Shown here piece by piece: positions 13,131 through 24,669 of a DNA stretch of 64,000 bases (the first letter of the stretch is position 1; the number at the start of each line of letters is the position of its first letter). Source of the DNA: Thermodesulfobacteriota bacterium (GTDB lineage Bacteria; Desulfobacterota_D; UBA1144; Nemesobacterales; UBA2774). Made by a program: the position numbers and the translations under genes. The notes beneath the pieces are model-generated. The model was not told the origin of the DNA and did no database searches. It saw only the letters and a list, made by a program, of their open reading frames with translations. Location: assembly GCA_963422265.1 (NCBI GenBank), contig OY729416.1, positions 1,056,001 through 1,120,000 on the forward strand, in the 5' to 3' direction.

Positions 13131-14855
13131 CTATCGTTTAAGCTTATACCCCACTTTTTGCATGTCCCAAGCGTCTTTGGTAATACCCTTCTCGCGGAGC
13201 TTATTTTTCTGCACCCTTTGGGTCCCGGTTTTGGGAAGTGATTTTTCAAACCTAATAAACCTAGGAATCATAAAATAAGGCATTTTCGGTTCAAGAAACC
13301 GTATAAGATTTTCGGGATCGATTTTTCTATCTTTCTTAGGCACAACCACTATCATTAGCTCGTCTTCAGCGTAATGTCCGGCCTCAGCCTTCACCCCTAT
13401 AGCCCCAGACTCCTCGACATCAGGATGAGCGTTGACGATTTTCTCAACCTCAAATGAGCTTATATTCTCTCCCCGCCTTCTGATGTAGTCCTTCACCCTA
13501 TCTACAAAGTATATATATCCATCCTTGTCCATACATCCTGCATCTCCCGTGTGAAACCAGAAATTACGGAAGTCCTGAACGGTCTTTTCCGGCATCTTAT
13601 TATAGTAATAGAGCATAACGTTAGGAGTTCTAGGACGCACTATTATTTCTCCGATCTGTCCCCTTGGAACCTCTTCGTCAGTTTCAGGATCGGCGATCTT
13701 AATCTCATACCCCGGAGCCTCCTTACCACACGAACCTACCCTGAAAGGCTCGCCCGGTCGCATCCAAGTGCACTGCCCTATTTCAGTAAGACCATAACCT
13801 TCCATAAACCTAATATTAAACCTCTCCATAAACTCCTCTATTATGTCGTGAGGCGCAGGAGAACCCAGAACGAGCTTTACCTTGTGCTGTTTTTCCTCGG
13901 GAACCGGGGGCGTGTTCCACATAAAATAAGAAATAGTTCCTACGATATTAAATTTAGTAACCCCATGATCCACCATCCATTTCCAGAAGCTGCTAGCGCT
14001 GTATTTCTCTTCAATGACAGCTTTGGCACCCATTATCAGGGCTGGATATACAGTCATCACCATTGCGTTTGAGTGAAAGAGCGGCAAGCATGTAAAACAA
14101 ACGTCGTTAGGTCCCACGTCCATTATCTGGACATAGTTATAAGCGCTTGAGTAATCGGCGGCGCAAGGCCTTACCACCCCTTTTGACCTTCCCGTTGTGC
14201 CTGACGTGTACATAAGCCTCGCATGATCTATAAACGTAATTTCAACCCCTGGATCAGAAGCCTTCTGCCCTTCTACAAACTCGGCATAAGAGTTCATCGT
14301 TTTAAAGTCGTATCCATGCCTGTCAAAATCTTCCCCGCCGTCTCTAGTCCATACGATTACGCGTTCTAGTTGCGGAATTCTTTCCGCTATAGGGGGCATA
14401 CGATCGAGGTATTCCTCAGCGATAAATAAGACCTTTGAATCTGAGCTATCTATTATGTATTGCAAAAAATCCATCTTGTATCCGGTGTTGATTGGAACCA
14501 TCACGGCACCCATCTTCAATATGCCAAACCATATAATTACGTAGTCGTCGGAATTAGGCATATATACGGCGACTTTATCGCCTTTCGCTACGCCTACGCT
14601 TAGGAGCCCGTTTGCAATTTGATTTGACAACTGATTAGTTTTGTAAAAGCTAATAGGCTTGTTGTATCCAAACTGCAAGAATGGCTTCTTGCCTAGCTTT
14701 TTTGCCCGCGCTTTTAATACCTTAGGCAGTACCCAATCGGATTTATCCTGACCCAGATACCACTCAACGTCGAACTTTCCGTTCTCTCTCTTATAAGTAA
14801 CTGCGTGGTGTAAATCCTTAGATGGTTTGGGTTTATCTTTAGCGTTTTTTGCCAC
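13131..14855 (-). CDS. AMP-binding acyl-CoA ligase (crotonobetaine/carnitine-CoA ligase-like)
   Basis: MYTSGTTGRSKG, EGYGLTE, WFHTGD, DYIRRRGENISSFEVE. Confidence 0.88.
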   Translation of the reverse strand: MAKNAKDKPKPSKDLHHAVTYKRENGKFDVEWYLGQDKSDWVLPKVLKARAKKLGKKPFLQFGYNKPISFYKTNQLSNQIANGLLSVGVAKGDKVAVYMPNSDDYVIIWFGILKMGAVMVPINTGYKMDFLQYIIDSSDSKVLFIAEEYLDRMPPIAERIPQLERVIVWTRDGGEDFDRHGYDFKTMNSYAEFVEGQKASDPGVEITFIDHARLMYTSGTTGRSKGVVRPCAADYSSAYNYVQIMDVGPNDVCFTCLPLFHSNAMVMTVYPALIMGAKAVIEEKYSASSFWKWMVDHGVTKFNIVGTISYFMWNTPPVPEEKQHKVKLVLGSPAPHDIIEEFMERFNIRFMEGYGLTEIGQCTWMRPGEPFRVGSCGKEAPGYEIKIADPETDEEVPRGQIGEIIVRPRTPNVMLYYYNKMPEKTVQDFRNFWFHTGDAGCMDKDGYIYFVDRVKDYIRRRGENISSFEVEKIVNAHPDVEESGAIGVKAEAGHYAEDELMIVVVPKKDRKIDPENLIRFLEPKMPYFMIPRFIRFEKSLPKTGTQRVQKNKLREKGITKDAWDMQKVGYKLKR

Positions 14856-14968
14856 GATCCTCGCCTCAATCTCTTTTATGACGCTAGTCAGTTTACAATG
14901 TTACTCAATAAAGGCAACGTTTCAAAAGGAAGCCCTCCCTACCATTGTAAATAAATCCGTAGGAGGAG

Positions 14969-15706
14969 CTAGCTACCACTATCCTTTTTCCTGCCAAACA
15001 TCCACGCTACTAATATGCCCAACTCGTAAAAGACGATTATCGGAATCAGCATAAACAGCATAGACACCACATCCGTGGTAGGAGTAAGCGCAGCCGCTAC
15101 GACAGCACTTATCAGAATAGCGTATTTTCTTTTTTCCTGAAGCCACGCGCTTGTTACGATTCCAGCCTTGGATAGAATGAAGATGATAACGGGAAACTCA
15201 AAGACAAGACCGAAGCCAAAGATAAGTGCCATAAAGAATGAGAGCGCCTCACGTATGCTGGGAAACGCCTTTACGTATTCTGAAGAATACTCGTTAAGTA
15301 AAAACCTAAAAGCTGGAGGGGAGGCTATGTAATAACAGAAGAGAGCACCAAGTGCGAAAAACAACGACCCGAAAAAAATAAAAGGAGTTATTATTCGCTT
15401 TTCATGCTTATAGAGCCCGGGAGCAATAAACTTCCAGCCTTGATAAAGGATAAAAGGGACAGATAATACGAGAGAGGTAAAGAAGGAGACCTTAAGGTAA
15501 GTAGTAAAACCCTCAGCAGGCTTTGTGAAAATTAGGGAGCTTCCCTCGGGCAGATTTTCAATTATAGGCATCATTAGAGAATCAAACACCCTCTCGGAAA
15601 AAACATAGGCCGGAATAAAGAAGAGCAGCACGGAAAGAAGCGATAACAATATACGCTTTCTCAACTCGGCAAGGTGATCTAAAAAAGTCATCTTAGGCTC
15701 TTTCAT
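14969..15706 (-). CDS. tatC: Twin-arginine translocase subunit TatC
   Basis: MTFLDHLAELRKR, FIAPGLY, FEFP, TPTTD. Confidence 0.95.
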   Translation of the reverse strand: MKEPKMTFLDHLAELRKRILLSLLSVLLFFIPAYVFSERVFDSLMMPIIENLPEGSSLIFTKPAEGFTTYLKVSFFTSLVLSVPFILYQGWKFIAPGLYKHEKRIITPFIFFGSLFFALGALFCYYIASPPAFRFLLNEYSSEYVKAFPSIREALSFFMALIFGFGLVFEFPVIIFILSKAGIVTSAWLQEKRKYAILISAVVAAALTPTTDVVSMLFMLIPIIVFYELGILVAWMFGRKKDSGS

Positions 15707-16034
15707 TATCCTGAGGCGGAAGGTTAACTCAATTGGTGGTCGTACTCAATCCCTTAGCCAGCCAAGCATACTTGTGATCATCTTAGCCAAATTAGACGGA
15801 GACACTCCTAACGAAGCCTCACAATATGTGGTGAAATTATTTCTAACCGCATCTCAAAGAGAGTGAGTTCAGGAGCAATCACACAAAATATTTAAGACGG
15901 ACATTATGCACGTCACAAACCTTATATCAAAATGCTACGCACTGCCAAGGATCATTGACTCTTAACCGGTTCTGCGACATATTAAAGTTTAGAATCTATT
16001 TTAAGAACAGGATTAGAAATTAAACTAAAGTAAA

Positions 16035-17281
16035 ATGGCTTCCCACAAACAGCTAGATTTAGTGTGTGATGAATCTAAGCAGTTGAGCGCTCGTCAGTTG
16101 AATATTCTGTTATCGCCCAAACAGAATGGGACTGAAAGGGATGACTCTAGAAAATATCTCAGTTCGCTAGGAATTGAAATTACTGAAAATAGACAACCAA
16201 TTCAATTTATGCGCAATTCAAATGAGCTTATCCATCGGTGGTCGCCTTATGTGCAAGGTTTTTCTGCCCAATTTGTCCAAAGAATTCTAGACAAGTATAA
16301 AAACCAATATAAATCACCTGTGATCCTAGATCCATTTGCGGGAAGCGGGACAGTTCTAGTGCAATCAAAGCTAAACAACTTAGAATCACACGGTATAGAA
16401 ATTAATCCTTTACTGCACTTCATAGCAAGAACTAAAGTAAATACGTAGAGAACAAAACCATCTAAACTTCTTGAAATATATTCTAAAATTTCTCAAAGCC
16501 ATTACTTTGACGCTCCGAGCTTCTTAAAATCTGAAAGACAATTCAACTCAAGCGTCTTGAAGAATTTGGAAATAATAAAAGGTGGTATAGACAGCTTTGA
16601 GCCTAAGAATAAAGAAGAAGAGAACATCAAAGACTTAATGCTAGTAGCATTTTCAGCTATATTAATCGATTGTAGCAATCTAAAACGGACGCCATGCTTG
16701 GGATACAGCAAGAGAAAGAGAGTAGATGAAGGTGCTCCATTAAGATTGTACAAACGAAAGATTAATGAAATTGCCCATGATTTAAAAGTTTTGCAAAAGA
16801 GTTATGGAAAAAATGATACTGCAAGCAAAACCCATCTAGCAAATTCAAAAGATTATCAACATAATACAAGCTACGACTTGGTCTTAACTTCGCCCCCCTA
16901 TATGAATGGTCTTGATTACGTGATCAATTATAAAATCGAAATGGGATGGCTAGGATTCGCAGAAAATCACAACCAGTTAAAAAAATCAAGGATTCTATGG
17001 TCGTGTGTGACAACGTTTCTAAAGGACTAATAAAAACCTTTAATAGTAGCAAAAGATATAAAAATGAGTGGTTAGAAGAAATTATGCAAAATATTGAAAA
17101 CAACATAAGGAGACGGGGCACCTATCGTAGGCCTGATATGCCTGCAATCGTAAACAAATACTTTGATGATATGTACAAAGTCATGAAAAATGTTGTAGAT
17201 GCAATAAGTTGTGGTGGCAGGTTTATTAGCTTAGAAAATGTTCCGCGAAACCGTAGTAACACTCTGCAAAAACTAACTTGA
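16035..17281 (+). pseudogene. Disrupted amino-DNA methyltransferase (m4C/m6A type)
   Basis: DPFAGSGT and TSPPY motifs in one frame interrupted by TAG at 16446; frameshift in the A-run near 16979-16985; degenerate 3' end. Confidence 0.8.
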
Positions 17282-17529
17282 TCAGCGATGACAGGTAACA
17301 ACTTAGGATATCAGGACAACCCGGCTAAGGAGATAGTTTAATTAGCGAGATACAATAAACATATTCATTCGATTCAGTGAAAGAAGAATACTTATAGCCT
17401 ATAAAAACTCAGACTTAGATGTTACTGCTTTTGCTATCCAAACTTATAGAACAATAGACTGCCAAAATAAAACTATCAATATATATGGTATCTTTACCAC
17501 CCTAACCTTCTAAATCTTTGGGAAAACTT

Positions 17530-18417
17530 ATGACGTTTCAACAGCTAATACTAAACCTTCAGGATTTCTGGGCTAAGAAAGGCTGTATTATAATGCAGCC
17601 CTATGACGTTGAAAAGGGGGCAGGAACCTTTCATCCGGCGACTTTTCTCAGATGTCTAGGACCCGAACCCTGGCAGGTGGCTTACGTTGAGCCGTCAAGA
17701 CGCCCTACGGATGGAAGATATGGAGACAACCCAAATAGGCTTCAGCACTACTATCAATTTCAGGTCATAGTAAAACCCTCGCCCGCAAATATACAGGAGC
17801 TATATTTAGACAGTCTGAGGCATCTAGGAATTGACCCCTTAGTACATGATATAAGATTTGTAGAAGATGACTGGGAGTCCCCAACCCTTGGGGCTTGGGG
17901 GCTTGGGTGGGAAGTGTGGCTAGATGGTATGGAAATCACACAGTTCACCTATTTTCAGCAAGCAGGCGGTATAGACCTAAAACCCATATCGGCTGAAATT
18001 ACCTATGGAACGGAAAGGATAGCGATGTACCTACAATGCGTAGAGAGCGTTTACGACCTTGAATGGACAGAAGGCGTAACCTATGGGGAGATTCATCACA
18101 GAGAAGAATTTGAATTTTCCACTTATAACTTTGAGGAATCCGACGCCGAAATGCTTAGAGAACTATTTGATAAATTTGAGAAGGAATGCGGTAGGTTGGC
18201 GCAGAAGAGACTTCCTCTGCCCGCGTATGATTACTGCTTAAAATGCTCACACGCCTTTAACCTGCTTGACGCACGGGGAGCCATTGGAGTTGCCGAGCGT
18301 GCCTCATACATAGCTAAGGTAAGAACGCTGGCGAAGACATGCGCTGAAGGTTACCTAAGAGAAAGGGAGGAGATGGGATTTCCTCTTGCTAAAAAGAATC
18401 CATGGAAAAAGAGCTAA
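17530..18417 (+). CDS. glyQ: Glycyl-tRNA synthetase alpha subunit
   Basis: MTFQQLIL...[36 protein letters not shown]. Confidence 0.98.
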   Translation: MTFQQLILNLQDFWAKKGCIIMQPYDVEKGAGTFHPATFLRCLGPEPWQVAYVEPSRRPTDGRYGDNPNRLQHYYQFQVIVKPSPANIQELYLDSLRHLGIDPLVHDIRFVEDDWESPTLGAWGLGWEVWLDGMEITQFTYFQQAGGIDLKPISAEITYGTERIAMYLQCVESVYDLEWTEGVTYGEIHHREEFEFSTYNFEESDAEMLRELFDKFEKECGRLAQKRLPLPAYDYCLKCSHAFNLLDARGAIGVAERASYIAKVRTLAKTCAEGYLREREEMGFPLAKKNPWKKS

Positions 18418-20486
18418 TACTAGAAATCGGGACAGAGGAAATACCAGCTAGCTTCATCGAGTGGGCGATTAAGGACCTATACAAGATTGCCAAACAAGAG
18501 CTTGATGGAAACTTTCTAAACTACGAAGAGATAACAACATACGGAACGCCGAGAAGGCTTGTTTTAAGGGTAACGGCTTTAGCCCCTAGTCAAGAAAACA
18601 GAACCAAAGAGACGCATGGTCCCCCTATAAAAATCGCATTCGACAAAAAGGGGAACTATACGAAAGCAGCTATGGGATTCGCTAAATCGCAGGGAGTTAA
18701 GCCAAAAGACCTCATTGTCGCTAAACGTGATAGAGGAGAGTTCCTCACCCTAAGAAAACAGTTAAAAGGACAGAAGACTGAAAAACTCTTAAAATATATT
18801 CTCCCAAGAATAATACTCTCAATTCCCTTTAGAAAATCTATGAAATGGGGAGATGGGGAAGTTACGTTTGCAAGACCGATAAGGTGGGCACTCACACTTT
18901 ACGGCGGAAAAATCGTTCCATTCAATTTAGAAGGCTTAAAAAGCTCTTCAAAGAGCTACGGGCACAGATTTATGGGTAAAGGCTCTATTAAAATGGCAAA
19001 CTGGGACGACTACGTAAGCGCACTCAGAGAGAACTTTGTAATACTGAATCAGGATGAAAGAAAGAGCATGATTGAAAAGGGCATAAACGGACTTGCAAGT
19101 GAAATTGGAGGGAGAATTGAAGAAGACTCCGACCTTCTTGAAACCGTAACCAATCTCGTAGAATTCCCAGTCGTTCTCAAGGGTGAATTTGAAAACGAGT
19201 TTCTTAATCTGCCAAAAGAAGTTCTAATTAGCGTAATGAAGAATCATCAAAAGTATTTTCCTGTCTTCGCCGATCCAGATGGCGACAAGCTACTCCCCTG
19301 CTTCATATTTGTTTGCGGAACCCCAGTAAAAAACGTTGAAATCGTAATTAAGGGAAATGAAAGGGTGATTAAGGCAAGGTTTTCAGACGCAAGGTTCTTT
19401 TTTAATGAAGATAAAAGCTCTCCGCTAGAAAATAAACTCGAGCGCCTAAAAGAAATGGTTTTTTTATCCAAAGTAGGATCGTACTACAACAAGACAGAGC
19501 GTCTTACAAAATTGGCAAGTAAACTAGGGGACAAACTGGGGTTGAAAGAGGACGTAGTGGACTTAGCTCGCGCAGCCTATCTATCAAAAGCCGATCTCGC
19601 AACTCAGATGGTTTTTGAATTTCCCGAACTCCAAGGGATCATGGGCAAATACTATGCTGAAATCTCGGGAGAGAAAACGAAAGTCGCAAAGGCGATTGAG
19701 GAACAGTATATGCCTTCCTCCCGCGAAGGGAAATTACCCCAAACAAATATTGGCGTCGTCATCAGTATAGCTGACAAATTAGACTCTATATCATCCTGCT
19801 TTATATCGGGACTTACGCCTACTGGAACGTCTGACCCCCAGGCTTTAAGAAGGCAAGCAATAGGCATAATAAATATAATCCTCGATAGAAACCTTGAGTT
19901 AAGCCTAAAAGGCTCGTTCCGCCTGAGTCTCAAAACCATTATAGACCAAGATAACAATGGATTTTCCGAGCAGGATGGCAAGGTCATAGAAGATATAATA
20001 GATTTTATGAAAGAAAGATTCAGAAACATTACGATTACGGATGGATTTACAAGCGACGTCGTGGACTCCGTAGTCACAGTTGACTTTGACGACGTCTTGG
20101 AAACAAGGAAAAAGATCGAGGCTATTTCGGAATTTAGCCAAGCGCCTGACTTTGAACCCCTAGGCATAGCTTTCAAACGCGTCGTCAACATCGTTAAGCA
20201 TCAGGGGAAAAGTAGGATAAAGGACAATCTAATGGAACCAGTCGAAAAGGAGTTATACAAATCTCTTGTTGAAACTAAAGAAAAGGCAGAGTTTGAAATA
20301 GGTCGTAAAGATTATTCAGCGGGCTTATTCATAATGAAAGAATTAAAAGAACCGGTAGATAAATTCTTTGATAACCTCATGGTAATGCATCAAGACCCCG
20401 AGATAAGGCAAAACAGAGTATCCCTGCTTCGTGAGATAAGAGACTTGTTTTTCAAAATCGCGGATTTTTCAAAGCTAAAGGCATAA
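18402..20486 (+). CDS. glyS: Glycyl-tRNA synthetase beta subunit
   Basis: [29 protein letters not shown]. Confidence 0.97.
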   Translation: MEKELILEIGTEEIPASFIEWAIKDLYKIAKQELDGNFLNYEEITTYGTPRRLVLRVTALAPSQENRTKETHGPPIKIAFDKKGNYTKAAMGFAKSQGVKPKDLIVAKRDRGEFLTLRKQLKGQKTEKLLKYILPRIILSIPFRKSMKWGDGEVTFARPIRWALTLYGGKIVPFNLEGLKSSSKSYGHRFMGKGSIKMANWDDYVSALRENFVILNQDERKSMIEKGINGLASEIGGRIEEDSDLLETVTNLVEFPVVLKGEFENEFLNLPKEVLISVMKNHQKYFPVFADPDGDKLLPCFIFVCGTPVKNVEIVIKGNERVIKARFSDARFFFNEDKSSPLENKLERLKEMVFLSKVGSYYNKTERLTKLASKLGDKLGLKEDVVDLARAAYLSKADLATQMVFEFPELQGIMGKYYAEISGEKTKVAKAIEEQYMPSSREGKLPQTNIGVVISIADKLDSISSCFISGLTPTGTSDPQALRRQAIGIINIILDRNLELSLKGSFRLSLKTIIDQDNNGFSEQDGKVIEDIIDFMKERFRNITITDGFTSDVVDSVVTVDFDDVLETRKKIEAISEFSQAPDFEPLGIAFKRVVNIVKHQGKSRIKDNLMEPVEKELYKSLVETKEKAEFEIGRKDYSAGLFIMKELKEPVDKFFDNLMVMHQDPEIRQNRVSLLREIRDLFFKIADFSKLKA

Positions 20487-20648
20487 ATAATAAGTCCACA
20501 GATTACGGTAAGATCTGCTCAGCAAGCTCACCATTCAACCCAATGAACCGCATACAAGAAAAAGACGGATCCATCAACTACGCTTAAAATAATAACGTCA
20601 GGCCACTCCGTTTCGCTAACTCCTAGAATCCCACTCGGGAAGACGCCC

Positions 20649-22205
20649 TTACTTTGCATAAGCCATCGATCTTACTTCTCTTATAACCGTTATCTTTACC
20701 TGTCCGGGATAAGCCACTTCCTTCTCAATTTTTTGAGCGATTTCATGTGAAAGCAGCGCCCCTTCCTCGTCGTTCACTTTAGTATTCTCAACTATCACCC
20801 TTATCTCGCGTCCAGCCTGTATAGCATAACACTTTTCAACTCCCCTGAAGGAGCTAGCTATGCTCTCTATATCCTCAATTCTTTTTACGTAAGCTTCATA
20901 AGTTTCTCTTCTAGCTCCTGGCCTTGCAGCAGATATAGCATCCGCAGCCTGCACTATAATCGCCAAAAGGGACTGTGGATGTGGATCATGGGCAGAGGCA
21001 ACCGCTTCTATTATCTCCTGTGGTTCACCATACTTCCTTACTAGAGATTCCCCTATATCAACGTGAGAACCCTCCGTTTCATGGTCAACTGCTTTACCAA
21101 TGTCGTGTAGTAACCCTGCACGCTTGGCAAGCTTTATATCGTATCCGATTTCAGCCGCCAATATGCCGGATATAAATGCGACTTCTACTGAATGATTCAA
21201 TATATTTTGAGAATAGCTAGTTCTATACTTTAACCTGCCCACCAACTTCACTAACTCAGGGTGCATATTGTGCGTTCCCAGATCAAACAAAGCCTCCTGA
21301 CCAGCCTTCTGAATCTCCTTCTCAATTTCTTTCTCTACGTCAGCAACGATTTCTTCTATTCTAGCCGGGTGTATCCTTCCATCTTCAATTAGCCTCTCGA
21401 GAGACACCCTAGCCACCTCCCTCCTAATAGGATTTAATGACGAAACCACCACCGTCTCGGGAGTATCATCAATGATTATATCAACGCCCGTCCTAGATTC
21501 GATAGATCTTATGTTGCGCCCTTCTCTACCTATAATTCTTCCCTTCATATCATTATTTGGAAGGCTCACGACGGATACGCTCTTCTCGCTAGTATATTCG
21601 CCAGCATATTTTTGCATCGCAAGGGCTATTATATCTTTCGCTTTACGTTCAGCATCCTCAAGCAACTGATCCTCCAACTGCTTGAGTTTCTTAGCAGCCT
21701 CGTGTCTAGCCTCATCTTCAATGATTCTTATAAGCTCGCTCTTAGCTGATTCCTGAGTCATTCCCGCAATCTCTTCTATTTTCTTTTTAGCTTCTTCTAT
21801 TACAGTATCAAGTTCAATTTGCTTATCAGAAAACGCCTGCTCAGCTAGAGCGAGTTCTTTCTCTTTCTCCTGAATCTTGTTGTCCTTCTTCTCAACCGCC
21901 TCTATTTTTCTCTCCAGAATCTCCTCACGCTTCTGAATCTTCCTTTCATATTCGGAAAATTCCCTTCGCCTTTCTCTTGAATCCCTTTCGATCTCAGAAG
22001 TTCTCTTCTCTACTACCTCCTTTGCCCTCAGTTCACCTTGCACCTTGATTTTTTCAGCTTCCCGATTAGCCGAATCTATAATCATCTCGGCTTCATCCTT
22101 TTTAACCCCTATCTCCCTTTTTAGCTGAGCGTATTTGTAAGAAAAATGAGATGCGAAACCTAAGATGAAGGCTATGAGAGCCACAACAACCGTCCAATCA
22201 ACCAT
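20649..22205 (-). CDS. rny: Ribonuclease Y
   Basis: N-terminal TM, coiled coil, KH (KGRIIGREGRNIR) and HD (LLHDIGK) domains. Confidence 0.97.
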   Translation of the reverse strand: MVDWTVVVALIAFILGFASHFSYKYAQLKREIGVKKDEAEMIIDSANREAEKIKVQGELRAKEVVEKRTSEIERDSRERRREFSEYERKIQKREEILERKIEAVEKKDNKIQEKEKELALAEQAFSDKQIELDTVIEEAKKKIEEIAGMTQESAKSELIRIIEDEARHEAAKKLKQLEDQLLEDAERKAKDIIALAMQKYAGEYTSEKSVSVVSLPNNDMKGRIIGREGRNIRSIESRTGVDIIIDDTPETVVVSSLNPIRREVARVSLERLIEDGRIHPARIEEIVADVEKEIEKEIQKAGQEALFDLGTHNMHPELVKLVGRLKYRTSYSQNILNHSVEVAFISGILAAEIGYDIKLAKRAGLLHDIGKAVDHETEGSHVDIGESLVRKYGEPQEIIEAVASAHDPHPQSLLAIIVQAADAISAARPGARRETYEAYVKRIEDIESIASSFRGVEKCYAIQAGREIRVIVENTKVNDEEGALLSHEIAQKIEKEVAYPGQVKITVIREVRSMAYAK

Positions 22206-22223
22206 CTTTATTGCCTCCTTTGC

Positions 22224-22790
22224 CTATTCAGCGAAAACTATACCCCTCTCTGTAACTATAACGCCTACACCCTGATCTAATTTGCCCGTAGGAACCTTAT
22301 TGAGTATCTGGAAGCTATAAGAAAGACCTATCCTTCTATCTCTGGGTATATTAATCAAAACCCGGTCGTAATATCCCTTACCGTAACCTATTCTCCCACC
22401 AGAGAGGTCAAACGCAACTCCGGGAACGATTATAAGATCAACTTCATCGGGATCACTAACCGCACTATGCTTATCAGGCTCAGGAATGCTGAACTTACCG
22501 GGTGTAAGCTCTTTCAGGTCACTTACCTTGTGAAAAGTAAGATTAGCACCGCTAACTCTTGGGAAATAAACTTCCTTTCCCGACTCTATTGCGCATAGAA
22601 ATATACTATCCGTACCAGCCTCATTATTAGCGGAGCTATAAAGCGCTATGCGCTTGGATGCCTTAAAACGCCTGAGACTGGCTAGATTGTTAAAGATAAG
22701 ACAACTCTTTTCTTCTATATCATCCGCAAAAAGCTTTGACCTTCTCGTATAAATACGGGTGCGTATGGCATCTTTCTCCTCAAGATTAAC
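22224..22790 (-). CDS. ygfA: 5-formyltetrahydrofolate cyclo-ligase (start codon uncertain)
   Basis: DLIIVPGVAFD...RIGYGKGYYDR; homology begins near EEKDAIR but there is no canonical in-frame start nearby. Confidence 0.85.
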   Translation of the reverse strand, partial: VNLEEKDAIRTRIYTRRSKLFADDIEEKSCLIFNNLASLRRFKASKRIALYSSANNEAGTDSIFLCAIESGKEVYFPRVSGANLTFHKVSDLKELTPGKFSIPEPDKHSAVSDPDEVDLIIVPGVAFDLSGGRIGYGKGYYDRVLINIPRDRRIGLSYSFQILNKVPTGKLDQGVGVIVTERGIVFAE

Positions 22791-22836
22791 ATCGCCTCTA
22801 CTTAGAAGAGGAAGAAAGGTTTTGAGTTTCCATAAG

Positions 22837-23202
22837 TCATCTCCGTCTGCAGGAGCTTTCAAACTCTCCTGCTTTGAATTCCTCTCCGCGTATTCCTTTG
22901 CTAAAGCCAAGCGCTTCTTTTTCTTGAAGGGAGTTATCCAATATCTGAACCAATTCTTTTGATTTTTTCTCAGCACTGTACTTGAATTCCTCAAAATCCC
23001 TAGATATCCTGAAGTAATCGTCTGCAATCTTGAGCATCACGAGAAGAATGGAGCGAGGGATGACCATAGAATTGTTACTTTGTGATACCTCTTTTACTTT
23101 ATCTTCAAGATACGATACTACCTTATGGACGTAGACTTCCTCCGCGTCCGTCTTTATTACATAACCATTATTGAAAAAATTGACTTTAAGACGTTTCACC
23201 AT
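22837..23202 (-). CDS. zapA: Cell division protein ZapA
   Basis: ZapA-like size and pattern (KVVSYLEDKVKEV...LKIADDY); synteny upstream of ygfA-rny. Confidence 0.75.
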   Translation of the reverse strand: MVKRLKVNFFNNGYVIKTDAEEVYVHKVVSYLEDKVKEVSQSNNSMVIPRSILLVMLKIADDYFRISRDFEEFKYSAEKKSKELVQILDNSLQEKEALGFSKGIRGEEFKAGEFESSCRRR

Positions 23203-23410
23203 AATCCCCTGAACTACCCAAGTACACCTCTACCTTTTCAATAATCCCTCGCAACTTCTCATTATTATTATCCCTCTCCTCCTCGAGCCTTTTAACGCTT
23301 TCACGCAGCCTGCTGACTTCCTCTACTAGGCTCCGATGCTCTAACTCCAACTCTGCCCGTTTAGACAAAACCTCTTTAATCTTACTCTCAAGAATATCTA
23401 TCGTTTCCAT
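23186..23410 (-). CDS. Small coiled-coil protein, ZapB-like
   Basis: 74-aa heptad-rich protein directly upstream of zapA. Confidence 0.65.
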   Translation of the reverse strand: METIDILESKIKEVLSKRAELELEHRSLVEEVSRLRESVKRLEEERDNNNEKLRGIIEKVEVYLGSSGDYGETS

Positions 23411-23501
23411 AATGTTTTACCTACGCAAGTTTAATTTACTCTTGGTAAATATAATCTTATCTTGAAATTTTTGCAAGATGTGAGAACATAATAGCAGTAA
23501 A

Positions 23502-24575
23502 ATGGCTGAAACTGGAATGTTAAATCGGCTTGAAGAAGTCGAAAAAAAATATGGAAAAATTGAAAAATCCCTTAGCAACCCTGAAATAAGACCATCAGAG
23601 ATTCATAAATACTCAAAAGAGCTTTCAGATCTCGAAGAAATAGTAGAGATATACCGTGAGTATAAAAGGGTCGCTGAATCTATTCAAGATAACAAATCTC
23701 TATTTAGCGATAAAGACCTAGGCAAACTCGCGCAGCAGGAAAATGAAGAACTGGAAGATAGGAAAGTAGAATTAGAAGATAAGCTGCGCTTGTTGCTTCT
23801 ACCAAAGGATCCTAACGATTCTAAAAACGTAATTCTTGAAATAAGAGCGGGTACCGGCGGGGACGAGGCGGCTTTGTTCGCAGCTAATTTACTAAGAATG
23901 TACTCAAAATACGCTGAGAATAAGAAGTGGAAAGTAGAGATAATAAACTTAAGCGAAACAGGTATAGGTGGAATCAAGGAAATTGTTGCTTCAGTCGAAG
24001 GAGACAACGTATATAGTCATCTTAAATACGAGAGTGGCGTTCACAGAGTGCAAAGGGTACCATCAACGGAAGCGGGTGGACGCATTCATACTTCTACGGC
24101 AACGGTGGCGGTTCTTGCGGAGCCTGACGACGTAGAGGTCTTAATAGATCAAAAAGATTTGAAAATAGATACGTATAGGGCTTCAGGTCCAGGAGGACAA
24201 CACGTAAATAAAACTGACTCGGCGATTAGGATTACGCATCTACCTACAGGGATTGTGGTTCAGTGCCAGGACGAAAGATCACAGCACAAGAATCGTGCCC
24301 ACGCCATGAGGATGCTTAGGGCTAAGCTTTATGAAATAGAGGAAAGAAAAAGGGAATCAGAACTAGCGCGCACCCGGAAAAACCAAGTCGGGAGCGGTGA
24401 GAGAAGCGAAAAGATCAGAACTTACAATTTCAGAGACGGTAGAATTACCGACCACCGAATAAGTCTCACTCTTTATAAGATCGAATTTATTCTTGACGGC
24501 GAATTAGACGAGCTAGTCGATTCACTCACGGCGTTCTATCAAGCCCTCAGCCTAAAGGAAGCCATCTATACGTAG
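23502..24575 (+). CDS. prfA: Peptide chain release factor 1
   Basis: GGQ motif; PxT (PST) tripeptide in [15 protein letters not shown]. Confidence 0.96.
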   Translation: MAETGMLNRLEEVEKKYGKIEKSLSNPEIRPSEIHKYSKELSDLEEIVEIYREYKRVAESIQDNKSLFSDKDLGKLAQQENEELEDRKVELEDKLRLLLLPKDPNDSKNVILEIRAGTGGDEAALFAANLLRMYSKYAENKKWKVEIINLSETGIGGIKEIVASVEGDNVYSHLKYESGVHRVQRVPSTEAGGRIHTSTATVAVLAEPDDVEVLIDQKDLKIDTYRASGPGGQHVNKTDSAIRITHLPTGIVVQCQDERSQHKNRAHAMRMLRAKLYEIEERKRESELARTRKNQVGSGERSEKIRTYNFRDGRITDHRISLTLYKIEFILDGELDELVDSLTAFYQALSLKEAIYT

Positions 24576-24669
24576 AAAGGAAAGGAGAATAAGAAGAATG
24601 GACATAAGGTTAGTACTCCTTAACTGATCCGTTTGTTGTATTTGCCAATATCATAAATAAAATATAGTT

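Noticed and set aside
15706-16035. Possible ncRNA or riboswitch upstream of tatC
   Set aside because: No recognisable family motif or convincing structure by eye; a covariance-model search would be needed
22791-23027. N-terminal extension of ygfA given by the ORF track
   Set aside because: Overlaps zapA on the same strand and shows no cyclo-ligase similarity
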